A DNA stretch of 32,000 bases from Thermohalobacter berrensis (GCF_003609645.1 NZ_MCIB01000002.1:33698-65697); one strand, 5' to 3'. Shown: positions 1 to 9,200, numbered from the stretch's first letter. The notes: generated from the sequence alone by a model not told the origin. Numbers and translations: made by a program.

Positions 1-843
1 CTATTAGATAGTATTTCAAGAAATAAAATAGTCTTAAAAGGTCCTATTACTACTCCTGTTGGAAAGGGATTTAGAAGTATAAATGTTAGACTTAGACAGA
101 AATATAAAACTTATGCCAATGTAAGACCAGTAAAATCTATCCCAGGTCTTAAGACTCCTTTTAAGAATGTAGACTTAGTTGTAATAAGGGAAAATACAGA
201 AGGATTGTATGCTGGAATTGAGCATAAATTAACAGATGGAGTAACTGAAGCAATAAAAGTAATAACTGAAAAGGCTTCAACTAAAATAGTAGAATTTGCC
301 TTTAAATATGCCCAGAAAAATGGAAGGAAAAAAGTAACTGCTGTCCATAAAGCAAATATAATGAAGATATCTGATGGATTATTTTTAGAATGTGCTAGAA
401 AAATTGCTCAAAAGTATCCTGATATTGACTATGAAGAAAAAATTGTTGATAATATGTCAATGCAACTAGTTATGTATCCAGAAAAATATGATGTTTTAGT
501 AATGCCAAATCTTTATGGAGATATTTTATCGGATTTATCGGCAGGATTAGTAGGAGGATTAGGATTAGTCCCAGGAGCAAATATAGGAGATGATATAGGT
601 ATATTTGAAGCAGTTCATGGAAGTGCTCCAGATATAGCAGGAAAAAATATTTCAAATCCTACAGCTTGTATATTATCAGCCTCAATGATGCTTGACTATA
701 TAGGTGAAAAAGAATGGGCTACTAAAGTAAGAAAAGCTGTTTGGAAGGTCATAAAGAAAGGCGAGGCTATAACTAAAGATTTAGGAGGAAATGCCACTAC
801 AGAAGAAATGACAGAGGCTATATGTAAAGCTCTTGGGGAATAA
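1..843 (+). CDS. Isocitrate/isopropylmalate dehydrogenase family protein, most like NAD-dependent isocitrate dehydrogenase (5' end outside window)
   Basis: Frame 1 is open from nt 1 (LLDSISRNKIVLKGPITTPVGKGFRSINVRLRQ...). Family-typical stretches: VVIRENTEGLYAG, NLYGDILSDL, HGSAPDIAGKNISNP. Confidence 0.8.
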   Translation, partial: LLDSISRNKIVLKGPITTPVGKGFRSINVRLRQKYKTYANVRPVKSIPGLKTPFKNVDLVVIRENTEGLYAGIEHKLTDGVTEAIKVITEKASTKIVEFAFKYAQKNGRKKVTAVHKANIMKISDGLFLECARKIAQKYPDIDYEEKIVDNMSMQLVMYPEKYDVLVMPNLYGDILSDLSAGLVGGLGLVPGANIGDDIGIFEAVHGSAPDIAGKNISNPTACILSASMMLDYIGEKEWATKVRKAVWKVIKKGEAITKDLGGNATTEEMTEAICKALGE

Positions 844-849
844 AATAGA

Positions 850-878
850 TTGACTTTGGTGATTGTATGTATTAAAAT
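850..878 (+). promoter_or_regulatory. Sigma-A-like promoter candidate for the GntR-family gene
   Basis: TTGACT (850-855), 17-nt spacer, TAAAAT (873-878), about 45 nt upstream of the ATG at 924. Confidence 0.4.
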
Positions 879-923
879 TACTATGATGATAATTAATATA
901 TTTTAATTTGGAGAGGAGACTTT

Positions 924-1589
924 ATGGGCAGTTTATTTACTGGAAATAAGGATACAATTTCATTATCTACAAAGATATTCAATTTTTTAAGGGATAGTAT
1001 CTTAGATGGAAAGTATAAACAAGGGGATAAATTAGTAGAAATAAAACTTGCAAAGGAACTAGGAGTTAGTAGGACTCCTGTAAGAGAAGGTTTAAAACAA
1101 TTAGAACTTGAAGGCCTTGTGGAAAATATTCCCAATAAGGGAGTTATAGTAAAGGGAATTTCAGAACAGGATATAAGTGATATATTGACTATTAGACTTG
1201 CTATTGAAGGAATAGCAGCCCAATGGGCAGTTGAAAGAATGACAAACGAAGATTTTAAGGAACTTAAAGAAATATATGAGCTTATGGAATTTTATACTTA
1301 CTATAAAAAAGATGTTGAAAAGATTTTAGAATTAAATACTGAGTTTCATGAGTTAATTTATAAAGCTTCAAAAAGTAGATACCTAGAATATATTTTAAAA
1401 GGATTTCAAAGGTATATGAAAGGTGTAAGGAAAAAATCATTAAATACTGAAGGAAGACTAGAAGAGGCTTTAAATGAACATAAAGAAATCTTAAAAGCCT
1501 TTGAAGAAAGAAATCCAAAAAAAGCTAAAGAGGTTTTGGAAAAGCATATTACTAAATTAAAAGAAAATGCTCTTAATGAAAATAAATAA
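924..1589 (+). CDS. GntR/FadR-family transcriptional regulator (wHTH plus FCD-type C-terminal domain)
   Basis: HTH signature ELGVSRTPVREGLKQLELEGLV, helical C-terminal domain, SD GGAGAGGAG 5 nt before the ATG. Confidence 0.85.
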   Translation: MGSLFTGNKDTISLSTKIFNFLRDSILDGKYKQGDKLVEIKLAKELGVSRTPVREGLKQLELEGLVENIPNKGVIVKGISEQDISDILTIRLAIEGIAAQWAVERMTNEDFKELKEIYELMEFYTYYKKDVEKILELNTEFHELIYKASKSRYLEYILKGFQRYMKGVRKKSLNTEGRLEEALNEHKEILKAFEERNPKKAKEVLEKHITKLKENALNENK

Positions 1590-1629
1590 GTGGGATATCC
1601 TAATTATAGGATAATCCACTTATTTTTTT
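1588..1629 (+). terminator. Rho-independent terminator after the GntR gene
   Basis: Imperfect hairpin AAGTGGGATATCCT / AGGATAATCCACTT followed by a T-run. Confidence 0.6.
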
Positions 1630-1749
1630 ATAACATATAGAAAATTATAATCAAATAAAAATTGTAGATAAAATATAATTTTCGTTATGTATTTCAAAAA
1701 AAGTCAACCTTGAGAATCTTCTATTTTTAATAGGAGACTTTTTTATTAA
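1624..1749 (+). repeat. Dispersed ~125-nt structured intergenic repeat, copy A (upstream of the MscS gene)
   Basis: Aligns almost without gaps to 25222-25346 (+) and 28216-28342 (-). It has a long imperfect hairpin and then an AT-rich hairpin followed by a T-tract. Confidence 0.85.
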
Positions 1750-1829
1750 GAACTTTGAAGGTTTTATAAGAATATTGTAGAATTTTATAAAGAACCCTAT
1801 ATTTATATATTTTAAAGAGGTGAAAATAA

Positions 1830-2933
1830 ATGGAAGAAATAATAAATAGACTTCCTGAATTAAGTTTAGCCTATTTAGGTATTTCTATAAGACGAATAGG
1901 AATAGCAATTGGTATATTTTTTGTTTTTTTACTTTTAAGAAAAGTTGTAGTTAGATATATTTTTAAATTAGCAGCTAAGTTTACTTCAAAAACCAAATCT
2001 GAAGTAGATGATAATGTTTTAAAGGCCTTTGAGAATCCTACTAGAACCTTTATTGCAATATTTGGCTTGTATTTATCCCTTAGATATTTAAATTTAGGTA
2101 TTATATTTAATAATTTTCTAAGTAAGTTTTTTAGGTCATCAATAATTGTTTTAGTTGCATGGGGATTATATAATTTAGAGGGTACATACTCAATTATTTT
2201 TGAAAGAATGGGAGAAAAGTTTAATTTAAAAACGAATAAGATTATTAAACCCTTTTTATCAAAAATTTTAAGGTTTCTTACTATAGCATTAGCTATAGGA
2301 ATAGTTGCTCAGGAATTTGATTATGATGTAAGTGGTTTTATAGCTGGATTAGGTATTGGTGGATTAGCTATTGCAATGGCAGCAAAGGATAGTGTAGCTA
2401 ATATTTTTGGAGGAATTGTTATTATTATGGATAAGCCATTTGATATAGGCGATTGGATTTCATGTTCCAAAATTGAAGGTGTAGTAGAAGATATAAACTT
2501 TAGAAGTACAAGGATAAGGACATTTTCTAAAGCATTAATAACAGTACCTAATTCACATTTGGCCAATGAGCCTATAACTAATCATTCAAGAAGAGGAATA
2601 AGAAGAGTTGATTTTAAACTTGGAGTAACCTATAGTACTACTAGGGAAAAACTGCAAAAATGTGTAGAAAAAATAGAAAAAATGCTAATTGAACATCCAG
2701 ATGTGGATAAAGAAAAAATATTAGTTAAATTTGATGAATTTAATGATAGTAGTTTAGATATTTTGGTATATTATTTTACCAAAACAGCAGACTGGGAGGA
2801 ATATTTAAGTATAAAGCAAGATATAAACTTTAAAATAATGGATATTTTAGAAGATGAAAAAGTATCTGTAGCTTTTCCAAGTAGAAGTATATATTTTGAA
2901 AATACATTAAAATCACAAGATAAGGATGAGTGA
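1830..2933 (+). CDS. Mechanosensitive ion channel, MscS family
   Basis: N-terminal TM helices, then the conserved MscS core AAKDSVANIFGGIVIIMDKPFDIGDWI...GVVEDINFRSTRIRT. SD AAAGAGGTGA. Confidence 0.85.
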   Translation: MEEIINRLPELSLAYLGISIRRIGIAIGIFFVFLLLRKVVVRYIFKLAAKFTSKTKSEVDDNVLKAFENPTRTFIAIFGLYLSLRYLNLGIIFNNFLSKFFRSSIIVLVAWGLYNLEGTYSIIFERMGEKFNLKTNKIIKPFLSKILRFLTIALAIGIVAQEFDYDVSGFIAGLGIGGLAIAMAAKDSVANIFGGIVIIMDKPFDIGDWISCSKIEGVVEDINFRSTRIRTFSKALITVPNSHLANEPITNHSRRGIRRVDFKLGVTYSTTREKLQKCVEKIEKMLIEHPDVDKEKILVKFDEFNDSSLDILVYYFTKTADWEEYLSIKQDINFKIMDILEDEKVSVAFPSRSIYFENTLKSQDKDE

Positions 2934-3492
2934 TAAAATGAAAAGAGGTAAGAGATTTCTATTTATTGTATTTTTATTAGCTGTAGGAATTACACTTTTT
3001 ACAACAGGAATAATAAAAGTTGCAAATTCAATGGTAGCTAAAAGGGAATATACAGAAGAGGAAATAAGAGAAAAAGCACGTGAATTGGGTATGATTGATC
3101 CAAATGAATTTATAACTATTGATGAAGAAGATAATAATGATCATAATGAAAAATCCAATGATAAAGAAGTAGAAAATGAAAATAAAGATGAAGAAGAAAA
3201 TAAAGAGGAAAATGAAATTGAAAATAAGGAAATCAAAAATCAAACGGAACAAAATAAAGATATAAAAGATAAGGAAAATGAATTAATAGAAATAAAAATT
3301 AAAAAAGGTGAAAAAAGTGAGATAATAATAAATAAACTGTATGAAAGAGGTCTTATAACAAATAAAGAAGAATTTATTGCATTAGTAAGAAAAAGAGGAG
3401 ATGGGAGAAACTTTATATATGGTACCTATAAGATAAAAAAGGGAACAGATTATGAAACAATATTAGACATCTTAACTGGAAAAGACAATTAA
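2926..3492 (+). CDS. Membrane-anchored protein with an acidic low-complexity linker and a small C-terminal domain resembling the MltG/YceG N-terminal (LysM-like) module
   Basis: One N-terminal TM (FLFIVFLLAVGITLFTTGII) and an E/N/K-rich linker. The C-terminus reads IKIKKGEKSEIIINKLYERGLITNKEEF...GTYKIKKGTDYETILDILTG. It overlaps the mscS stop by 8 nt; an alternative ATG lies at 2938. Confidence 0.45.
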   Translation: MSDKMKRGKRFLFIVFLLAVGITLFTTGIIKVANSMVAKREYTEEEIREKARELGMIDPNEFITIDEEDNNDHNEKSNDKEVENENKDEEENKEENEIENKEIKNQTEQNKDIKDKENELIEIKIKKGEKSEIIINKLYERGLITNKEEFIALVRKRGDGRNFIYGTYKIKKGTDYETILDILTGKDN

Positions 3493-3682
3493 CAATTTAC
3501 AGTTGACAATTAGAAGTACAATTGAGAATGGAAAGTTGAATTTGTTAGTAGTTAGTGAAACGGGGGGACAGACCTATCATTGAACGAAGTGAAACTAAGA
3601 CCTGTCCCCGTGTTTAACGGGAGTAAAGAACGTAATAAATTTAAAATTCAAAATGTAAAATTAAAAATGAGTTAGCAAAATA

Positions 3683-3741
3683 CAGTTGTTGCTTTTGGTT
3701 TCGCTAAGAACCAAGAGCTAGCAACTAATAACTGCTTTTTT
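3683..3741. terminator. Bidirectional rho-independent terminator between convergent genes
   Basis: Nested hairpin CAGTTGTTGCT-TTGGTT...AACCAA-AGCAAC..AACTG, with CTTTTTT on the plus strand and a T-rich tail on the minus strand. Confidence 0.5.
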
Positions 3742-3779
3742 AACCGTTGTTTTTGGATTCGTAATGCCTCAACTTTTAT

Positions 3780-4424
3780 TTATAAAAAATGTACATAAAA
3801 TGAGTCTTTTGTAAGTATATCAAACCTATATCCTCTTTTTAATAATTCTTCAATAATAGTAGGTAATGCTTCAACTGTAGTAGTTTTGGGCCAACTATCA
3901 TGAAATAAAACTATATTGCCACCATCTTTTACATCTTGTAATACTGAATTAATTATAATCTCTTTATCTTGAGTAACTTTAGTTGCATCCCTTGATGATA
4001 CATTCCAGTCAAAATATTGGTAACCATCTAATAAGACCTTTGTAGTTAACCTTTCTGTTAATTTGATACCACCATACTTTTTTCCTATACTAGTATTAGA
4101 ACCACCTGGAAATCTAATAATTTTTGGTTTTACACCTGCAACGGAAAAAAGAAAATTTTCTAGTTTTTTTAAGTCCTTTAGGAAAGCTTCCTCTGAAGAA
4201 TATATTACTTTATAGTTATGACTAAAGGTATGATTTCCTATTGCATGTCCTTCATTTACAATTCTTTTATAAACTTTTTTGCCAAATTCTGTTGTATTAC
4301 CACATACAAAAAAAGTTGCCTTTACTTTATATTTCTTAAGTATATCTAAGATTTTAATAGTGTTTTTGCTAGGGCCATCATCAAAGGTTAAATATATAGT
4401 TTTTTTATCAGGGAAATTATTCAT
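3780..4424 (-). CDS. Polysaccharide deacetylase (CE4/NodB family, PdaB-like peptidoglycan deacetylase)
   Basis: NodB motifs TFDDGP, HTFSH and RFPGGS. Confidence 0.85.
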   Translation of the reverse strand: MNNFPDKKTIYLTFDDGPSKNTIKILDILKKYKVKATFFVCGNTTEFGKKVYKRIVNEGHAIGNHTFSHNYKVIYSSEEAFLKDLKKLENFLFSVAGVKPKIIRFPGGSNTSIGKKYGGIKLTERLTTKVLLDGYQYFDWNVSSRDATKVTQDKEIIINSVLQDVKDGGNIVLFHDSWPKTTTVEALPTIIEELLKRGYRFDILTKDSFYVHFL

Positions 4425-4756
4425 TCGTTCTTTTTTTCGAAAAAAACCTTATTCAACCTTTCTGTTTTTTCTAATATTCTTTTATTTTCGTCTTTAATAG
4501 ACTGAATTTCTAATACTATATCTTTATTAAATTTAGCCAGATTTTCAGTTAAAGTCTTTAACTCTTTAATATCATTATTGATTTCATTTGTATTAATTTT
4601 TTCATTATGAAGTTTAATAGCTTCACTGGTTATTTCCATTAGTTTTTTGTTTTGTTCAATTAGATATGAAGCTTGAAAACTATAAAAAATTACTGTTATG
4701 AAAATAAATACTATTAAAAAAATGTTAGTATCTATAACATTTTTTCCATTGTTCAA
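4421..4756 (-). CDS. Hypothetical membrane-anchored coiled-coil protein, translationally coupled to the deacetylase
   Basis: N-terminal TM (IFLIVFIFITVIFYSF), then heptad-like charged sequence. Its stop overlaps the deacetylase start (ATGA). Confidence 0.5.
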   Translation of the reverse strand: MNNGKNVIDTNIFLIVFIFITVIFYSFQASYLIEQNKKLMEITSEAIKLHNEKINTNEINNDIKELKTLTENLAKFNKDIVLEIQSIKDENKRILEKTERLNKVFFEKKNE

Positions 4757-4856
4757 AAAGCTTCCCCCTTTACTATCTAGGCTTATCCTATATATTACTT
4801 ATTTTATTACTATTAAAATATTAGGGGATGTATACCAAAAAGAATAAATTTTAATA

Positions 4857-4886
4857 AAGAAAACCGGTCATATGACCGGTTTTCTT
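4857..4886 (-). terminator. Rho-independent terminator after the AI-2E transporter gene
   Basis: Perfect palindrome AAACCGGTCATATGACCGGTTT flanked by A- and T-runs. Confidence 0.6.
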
Positions 4887-5974
4887 TATATTTTAATGTT
4901 TTTATTTTTTAATTTATTATCTATATATCTTTCAAGGGTTAGTTTTATTATTGCTCCTATAGGTGCAGCTAAAAGCATACCTAAAATTCCAAATAATTTA
5001 CCACCTACAATTATTGCAGTAATTACCCAAAATGGGCTTAATCCTAATTTGGTTCCAAGGATTTTAGGTCCTAGATATAAGCCATCAAATTGTTGTAGAC
5101 CAAGGATAAATATAAACATCCATAGAGCCTTTATGGGATTATAAAAAAGTGTAATTAGGACTGCTGGAATCATTCCTATAAACGGACCGAAATATGGGAT
5201 CATATTTGTTACACCAACAATTGTACTTATAAGCAGTGGATAAGGAACTCTTATAATAAGGGTACCAATAAGACATATTATTCCAATTATTAGAGAATCT
5301 ATCATTTTTCCAATTAAATATTCAGAAAAGACAATATTAAATTCTTTTCCAAATCTTATTATTCTAGTTGCCCTTTTATTGCTAAAAAGAGCATAAGCAA
5401 GTTTTTTTATTTGATAAATAAATTTTTCTTTATCTTTAAGTACATAAACTGAAATGACTATACCTAAAATTAAGCTTACAATACCTGATGTAATGTTAAT
5501 TGCTTGTATTATAGTTTGATTAAGTAATGGGTTTAAAGTATTAGTAATTTCTTCAATTTTAATGCTATTTATTGTTTCCTCTAAATATATTGCTATATTA
5601 TATTTACCTAAAAACTCTAATCTTTCTATTTGATAAGCTAACCATTTTTGGGTTGTAACCACATAATTTGGTATATCACTTAAGATATTACCAGCACTTT
5701 CTACTATTCTTGGAGTTATTATTGCAATAATTAAAACTAATAATCCAAGTAAAAAGGTATATACAGTAAGAATACTCCAAAATCTTTTAAAATTAAACTG
5801 TTTTTCTAAATAAACCATTACGGGATTTAAAAGATATGAAACTAAAACAGCCCAAAAAAAGGGACTTAATACACTGATGAGTACGTCTACTATATTTGGA
5901 TGGTTAATTATTTTAAATAATATAAAGGAAATAAAGATTATCGGAATTAGGTGAAAATAGTTTTTGTTATCGAT
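4886..5974 (-). CDS. AI-2E family transporter (PerM/YtvI-like permease), probably with a non-canonical start
   Basis: Multi-TM protein. The frame stays open 55 codons upstream of the ATG at 5818 and encodes family-like sequence (...SPFFWAVLVSYLLNPVM). That extension has no ATG, GTG or TTG. SD GGGGG (5984-5988) lies 9 nt before an in-frame ATC at 5974. Confidence 0.7.
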   Translation of the reverse strand: MDNKNYFHLIPIIFISFILFKIINHPNIVDVLISVLSPFFWAVLVSYLLNPVMVYLEKQFNFKRFWSILTVYTFLLGLLVLIIAIITPRIVESAGNILSDIPNYVVTTQKWLAYQIERLEFLGKYNIAIYLEETINSIKIEEITNTLNPLLNQTIIQAINITSGIVSLILGIVISVYVLKDKEKFIYQIKKLAYALFSNKRATRIIRFGKEFNIVFSEYLIGKMIDSLIIGIICLIGTLIIRVPYPLLISTIVGVTNMIPYFGPFIGMIPAVLITLFYNPIKALWMFIFILGLQQFDGLYLGPKILGTKLGLSPFWVITAIIVGGKLFGILGMLLAAPIGAIIKLTLERYIDNKLKNKNIKI

Positions 5975-6214
5975 TTTATTCAGCCCCCTTTACGATGATT
6001 CAACAAAAATACAATAAACTTGACATATTAATTATATCATTTTTTATACAAAAATGTTCAAATATTAAAAAATTATCCCTTATATTATAAGCTTTTCAGC
6101 TTTTATTTTATTTAAACAGTTAATTACAAATTTTTGAAATTAATTTTTTTGCTTAGTACAAGTTTTATTTAAATTATTAGTTCCATATAATTTATTAGAT
6201 GAGGAGTGGTAAAA

Positions 6215-6973
6215 TTGAGAAGATTTACCTTAATACTTTTTAGTTTTATCTGTATACTTATAGTTATTATAGTTGGAAACAAGATAACACTATATTTAAA
6301 AAATCAAAAAGTTGAAAGAAAGGGAATAAAGTTTGTTACTTCTCAGTATGAAAAATGGGAAGAGGAAAAACTAAAGGAAAATAAAGATTATAACTTGGGT
6401 ATATTAATTGATATTGATAGAAAATATCTTTACCTTATTGATATGAAAAAAAACAAACTAATAAAAAGATATGTAGTTGCTACAGGAAGGCCCAGTAGTC
6501 CTTCACCTATAGGAAGTTACAAGATAATTGAGAAGGCTAAATGGGGTGGAGGATTTGGTTCAAGGTGGATGAGGATTAACGTACCATGGGGTAAATATGG
6601 CATACATGGTACTAATAAACCAGGTTCTATAGGATATAATGCTTCCCATGGATGTATTAGAATGAGAAATAAAGACGTTGAAGAGTTATATAGCTTAGTA
6701 AAATATAATACTCCCGTAGTTCTAATAAAAGGATCCTATGGTCCCTTTGGCCATGGATTTAGAACTTTAAGACCAGGTGATAGAGGAGCAGATGTTAGAG
6801 AGGTACAAAGGGTCCTTAAAGAAAAAGAATATTATTATGGGGCTTTAGATGGGATATATGGTAATGGTATGAAGGCTGCTTTAATAAGATTTTTAAAGGA
6901 GAATAATATGCCTATTACTGATAGAATAGGATATACTGTATATAAAAAGCTAGGAATTATATTAATGGATTAA
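6215..6973 (+). CDS. L,D-transpeptidase (YkuD domain) with C-terminal peptidoglycan-binding domain
   Basis: Catalytic motif HGT...SHGCIRM and a PG_binding_1-like C-terminus (GDRGADVREVQRVLKE...YYYGALDGIYG). The ORF opens at GTG 6206, but SD GAGGAG fits the TTG at 6215. Confidence 0.85.
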   Translation: MRRFTLILFSFICILIVIIVGNKITLYLKNQKVERKGIKFVTSQYEKWEEEKLKENKDYNLGILIDIDRKYLYLIDMKKNKLIKRYVVATGRPSSPSPIGSYKIIEKAKWGGGFGSRWMRINVPWGKYGIHGTNKPGSIGYNASHGCIRMRNKDVEELYSLVKYNTPVVLIKGSYGPFGHGFRTLRPGDRGADVREVQRVLKEKEYYYGALDGIYGNGMKAALIRFLKENNMPITDRIGYTVYKKLGIILMD

Positions 6974-7055
6974 TATATCATGTTTATTTGTTAACAAATT
7001 TACTTTATAATTAGAATATCAATACATTAAAAACAACAGATTAAGGGGGATAAGG
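6902..7055 (+). repeat. Left 154-bp direct repeat (attL-like junction)
   Basis: By eye identical over its whole length to 21677-21830. It covers the last 72 nt of the L,D-transpeptidase CDS plus 82 nt of downstream sequence. Confidence 0.9.
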
Positions 7056-7184
7056 AATAGACAAAATAAAAAGAATACAATGTTTAAATAATTTTGCCCT
7101 AATGCACGTTAAAAATATAAACAAAACTAAAAAATAGTAAATATTAGTTAGGTAAAATTAAATAGGAAAACTGCTAATTATTAC

Positions 7185-7212
7185 TTGACAGTAACAAAAT
7201 GGCTTGTATACT
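7185..7212 (+). promoter_or_regulatory. Sigma-A-like promoter candidate for the hsd operon
   Basis: TTGACA (7185-7190), 16-nt spacer, TATACT (7207-7212). A second candidate is the extended -10 TGATATAAT at 7233-7241. Confidence 0.45.
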
Positions 7213-7298
7213 GGAATATAATTACAAAGGTATGATATAATTTTTATAGTCAACAAAACTATTAAAGCAAGTTATTTTAATATCGGAGGGTGAATTAT

Positions 7299-8816
7299 AT
7301 GTCTAAATTAACACTACAAAAACTAGAATCAACTTTATGGAAGGCAGCAGACATACTTAGAGGAGAATTAAGTGCTGCCGAATATAAAGATTATATATTT
7401 GGTTTATTATTTTTAAAGAGGATGAATGATCAATTTGAAGTTGAAAGACAAAAGAAAAAAGAAGAATTTTTATCACAGGGTATGGCTGAAGAAGAAGTAA
7501 ATATAATTCTTGAAGAATCTTCTATATATGAGAGTTTCTTTGTTCCAAAAAGGGCAAGATGGGAAAATTTAAGAAATTTAAATCTAAATATTGGGCCTGA
7601 ATTGGACAAGGCGTTTAAAGCAATAGAAGATGAACCTAAAAATTCTGAACTTATAGGTGTACTTACGACTGCAAATTACAACGATAAGGAAAGGGTGCCA
7701 GATAAAAAGTTATCTCAACTTTTATTGTTGTTTGATAGTATAAATCTTTCAAATGATAATCTTGAAAATAAAGATGTACTTGGTAATGCATATGAATATC
7801 TAATAAAAAAATTTGCTGATGAAGGTGGTAAAAAAGGTGGAGAATTCTACACTCCAGAGGAAGTAGTTAAAGTTCTTGTAAATATCCTAAAACCACAAGA
7901 AGGAGACAGAATATATGACCCAACTGTAGGAAGTGGGGGTATGCTAATACACTCAACTCATTACATAGAAAAACATGGTGGTAACCCTAAAAATGTTTCA
8001 CTGTTCGGTCAAGAAATAAATCTTTCTACGTGGGCTATTTGTAAAATGAATATGCTTTTCCATGATGCAAGGGGAGCAGATATACAAAAGGGCGATACTA
8101 TAAGATATCCTATGCATGTAGAAGGTGGAGTATTAAAAACCTTTGATATAGTTCTTGCAAATCCACCATTTTCGTTGAAAAACTGGGGTAAAGAAGAAGC
8201 ACAGGCAGATCCATATAATAGATTCCCATATGGAGTACCACCAAAAAGTTATGGTGATATGGCATTTGTATGCCACATGATAGCAAGTTTAAACGATAAA
8301 GGAAAAATGGGTACAGTAGTTCCACATGGAGTATTATTTAGAGGTGGAGCAGAAGGAAAGATAAGAAAAGGAATATTAAAGGATGATTTAATTGAAGCAG
8401 TAATAGGACTTCCTGCAAATATATTCTATGGTACAGGAATTCCAGCAGCATTACTTATAGTAAATAAAAATAAACCAGCAGAGAGAAAAGAAAAAATACT
8501 ATTTATAGATGCAAGTAAAGGCTTCATAAAGGACGGAAACAAAAATAAACTTAGAGAAGAAGATATAGAAAAGATAACTAAGACTTTTGATGAGTTCAAA
8601 GATGTGGATAAATATGCTAGAGTAGTAAGTTTAGATGAAATAAAAGAAAATGATTATAACTTAAATATAAGTAGATATGTAGATACAACTGAACCAGAAC
8701 CAGAAATAGATATACCAGAAGTTATTAAGGAAATAAAAGAATTAAAAGAAAAGTCTAAGAAAACAGAAGATAGATTAAATGAGTATTTAAAGGAATTAGG
8801 ATTTGATGAAATTTAA
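7299..8816 (+). CDS. hsdM: Type I restriction-modification system, N6-adenine DNA methyltransferase subunit
   Basis: AdoMet motif [10 protein letters not shown], catalytic NPPF ([11 protein letters not shown]), HsdM N-terminal helical domain. SD GGAGGG 8 nt before ATG 7299 (the ORF opens at GTG 7290). Confidence 0.95.
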   Translation: MSKLTLQKLESTLWKAADILRGELSAAEYKDYIFGLLFLKRMNDQFEVERQKKKEEFLSQGMAEEEVNIILEESSIYESFFVPKRARWENLRNLNLNIGPELDKAFKAIEDEPKNSELIGVLTTANYNDKERVPDKKLSQLLLLFDSINLSNDNLENKDVLGNAYEYLIKKFADEGGKKGGEFYTPEEVVKVLVNILKPQEGDRIYDPTVGSGGMLIHSTHYIEKHGGNPKNVSLFGQEINLSTWAICKMNMLFHDARGADIQKGDTIRYPMHVEGGVLKTFDIVLANPPFSLKNWGKEEAQADPYNRFPYGVPPKSYGDMAFVCHMIASLNDKGKMGTVVPHGVLFRGGAEGKIRKGILKDDLIEAVIGLPANIFYGTGIPAALLIVNKNKPAERKEKILFIDASKGFIKDGNKNKLREEDIEKITKTFDEFKDVDKYARVVSLDEIKENDYNLNISRYVDTTEPEPEIDIPEVIKEIKELKEKSKKTEDRLNEYLKELGFDEI

Positions 8817-8924
8817 AATAAGTATGTAAATAAGTTTTAAGAAACAGATGATGAATTAGAAATTTGTATTAGGTTAAATGATTGGTATTAAAAAACAAAA
8901 ATAATAAGGGGAATACAAGGTAAC

Positions 8925-9185
8925 ATGGATAATGTTCTTACAAATGAATTATTTTATAAATCTCTGTTAAAAGTTTTTGTTGAGATATTTAAAATGGCAT
9001 GGCAATTGGATGTTTTTAAGTCAGCAATTATAGGTATTCCTGTGTCTATAGTTACATATAGAATTGTTGGTTTCGTTTTTTCATGGGGTAGATATAATGG
9101 CATTTGGTTTGGAAGAGTAGGAGGAAAATTAATATATTATTGTATAAACTCGATTCTAATATGGTTAATTATGAAAGTGGTATAA
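8925..9185 (+). CDS. Hypothetical small membrane protein (86 aa) between hsdM and hsdS
   Basis: Two or three hydrophobic helices (SAIIGIPVSIVTYRIVGFVF; LIYYCINSILIWLIM). It is co-directional and ends 6 nt before the hsdS ORF opens. I recognise no family. Confidence 0.45.
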   Translation: MDNVLTNELFYKSLLKVFVEIFKMAWQLDVFKSAIIGIPVSIVTYRIVGFVFSWGRYNGIWFGRVGGKLIYYCINSILIWLIMKVV

Positions 9186-9200
9186 AGAGAGGTGAAGCAG

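Noticed and set aside
470-655. Antisense or overlapping ORFs inside well-supported genes, for example 470..655, 893..1135, 1282..1518, 2321..2566, 3028..3252, 4279..4497, 4872..5144, 8110..8325, 9455..9694, 11430..11618, 12640..12882, 13557..13955, 15267..15449, 20205..20639, 21794..22174, 22199..22429, 23117..23476, 25651..26019, 28025..28207, 28896..29096, 29595..29966 and 30805..30990.
   Set aside because: Each lies opposite, or out of frame with, a gene that has clear family motifs. Their translations are low-complexity (L/I/F/S/K-rich), as expected from AT-rich antisense frames, and they lack SD sequences.
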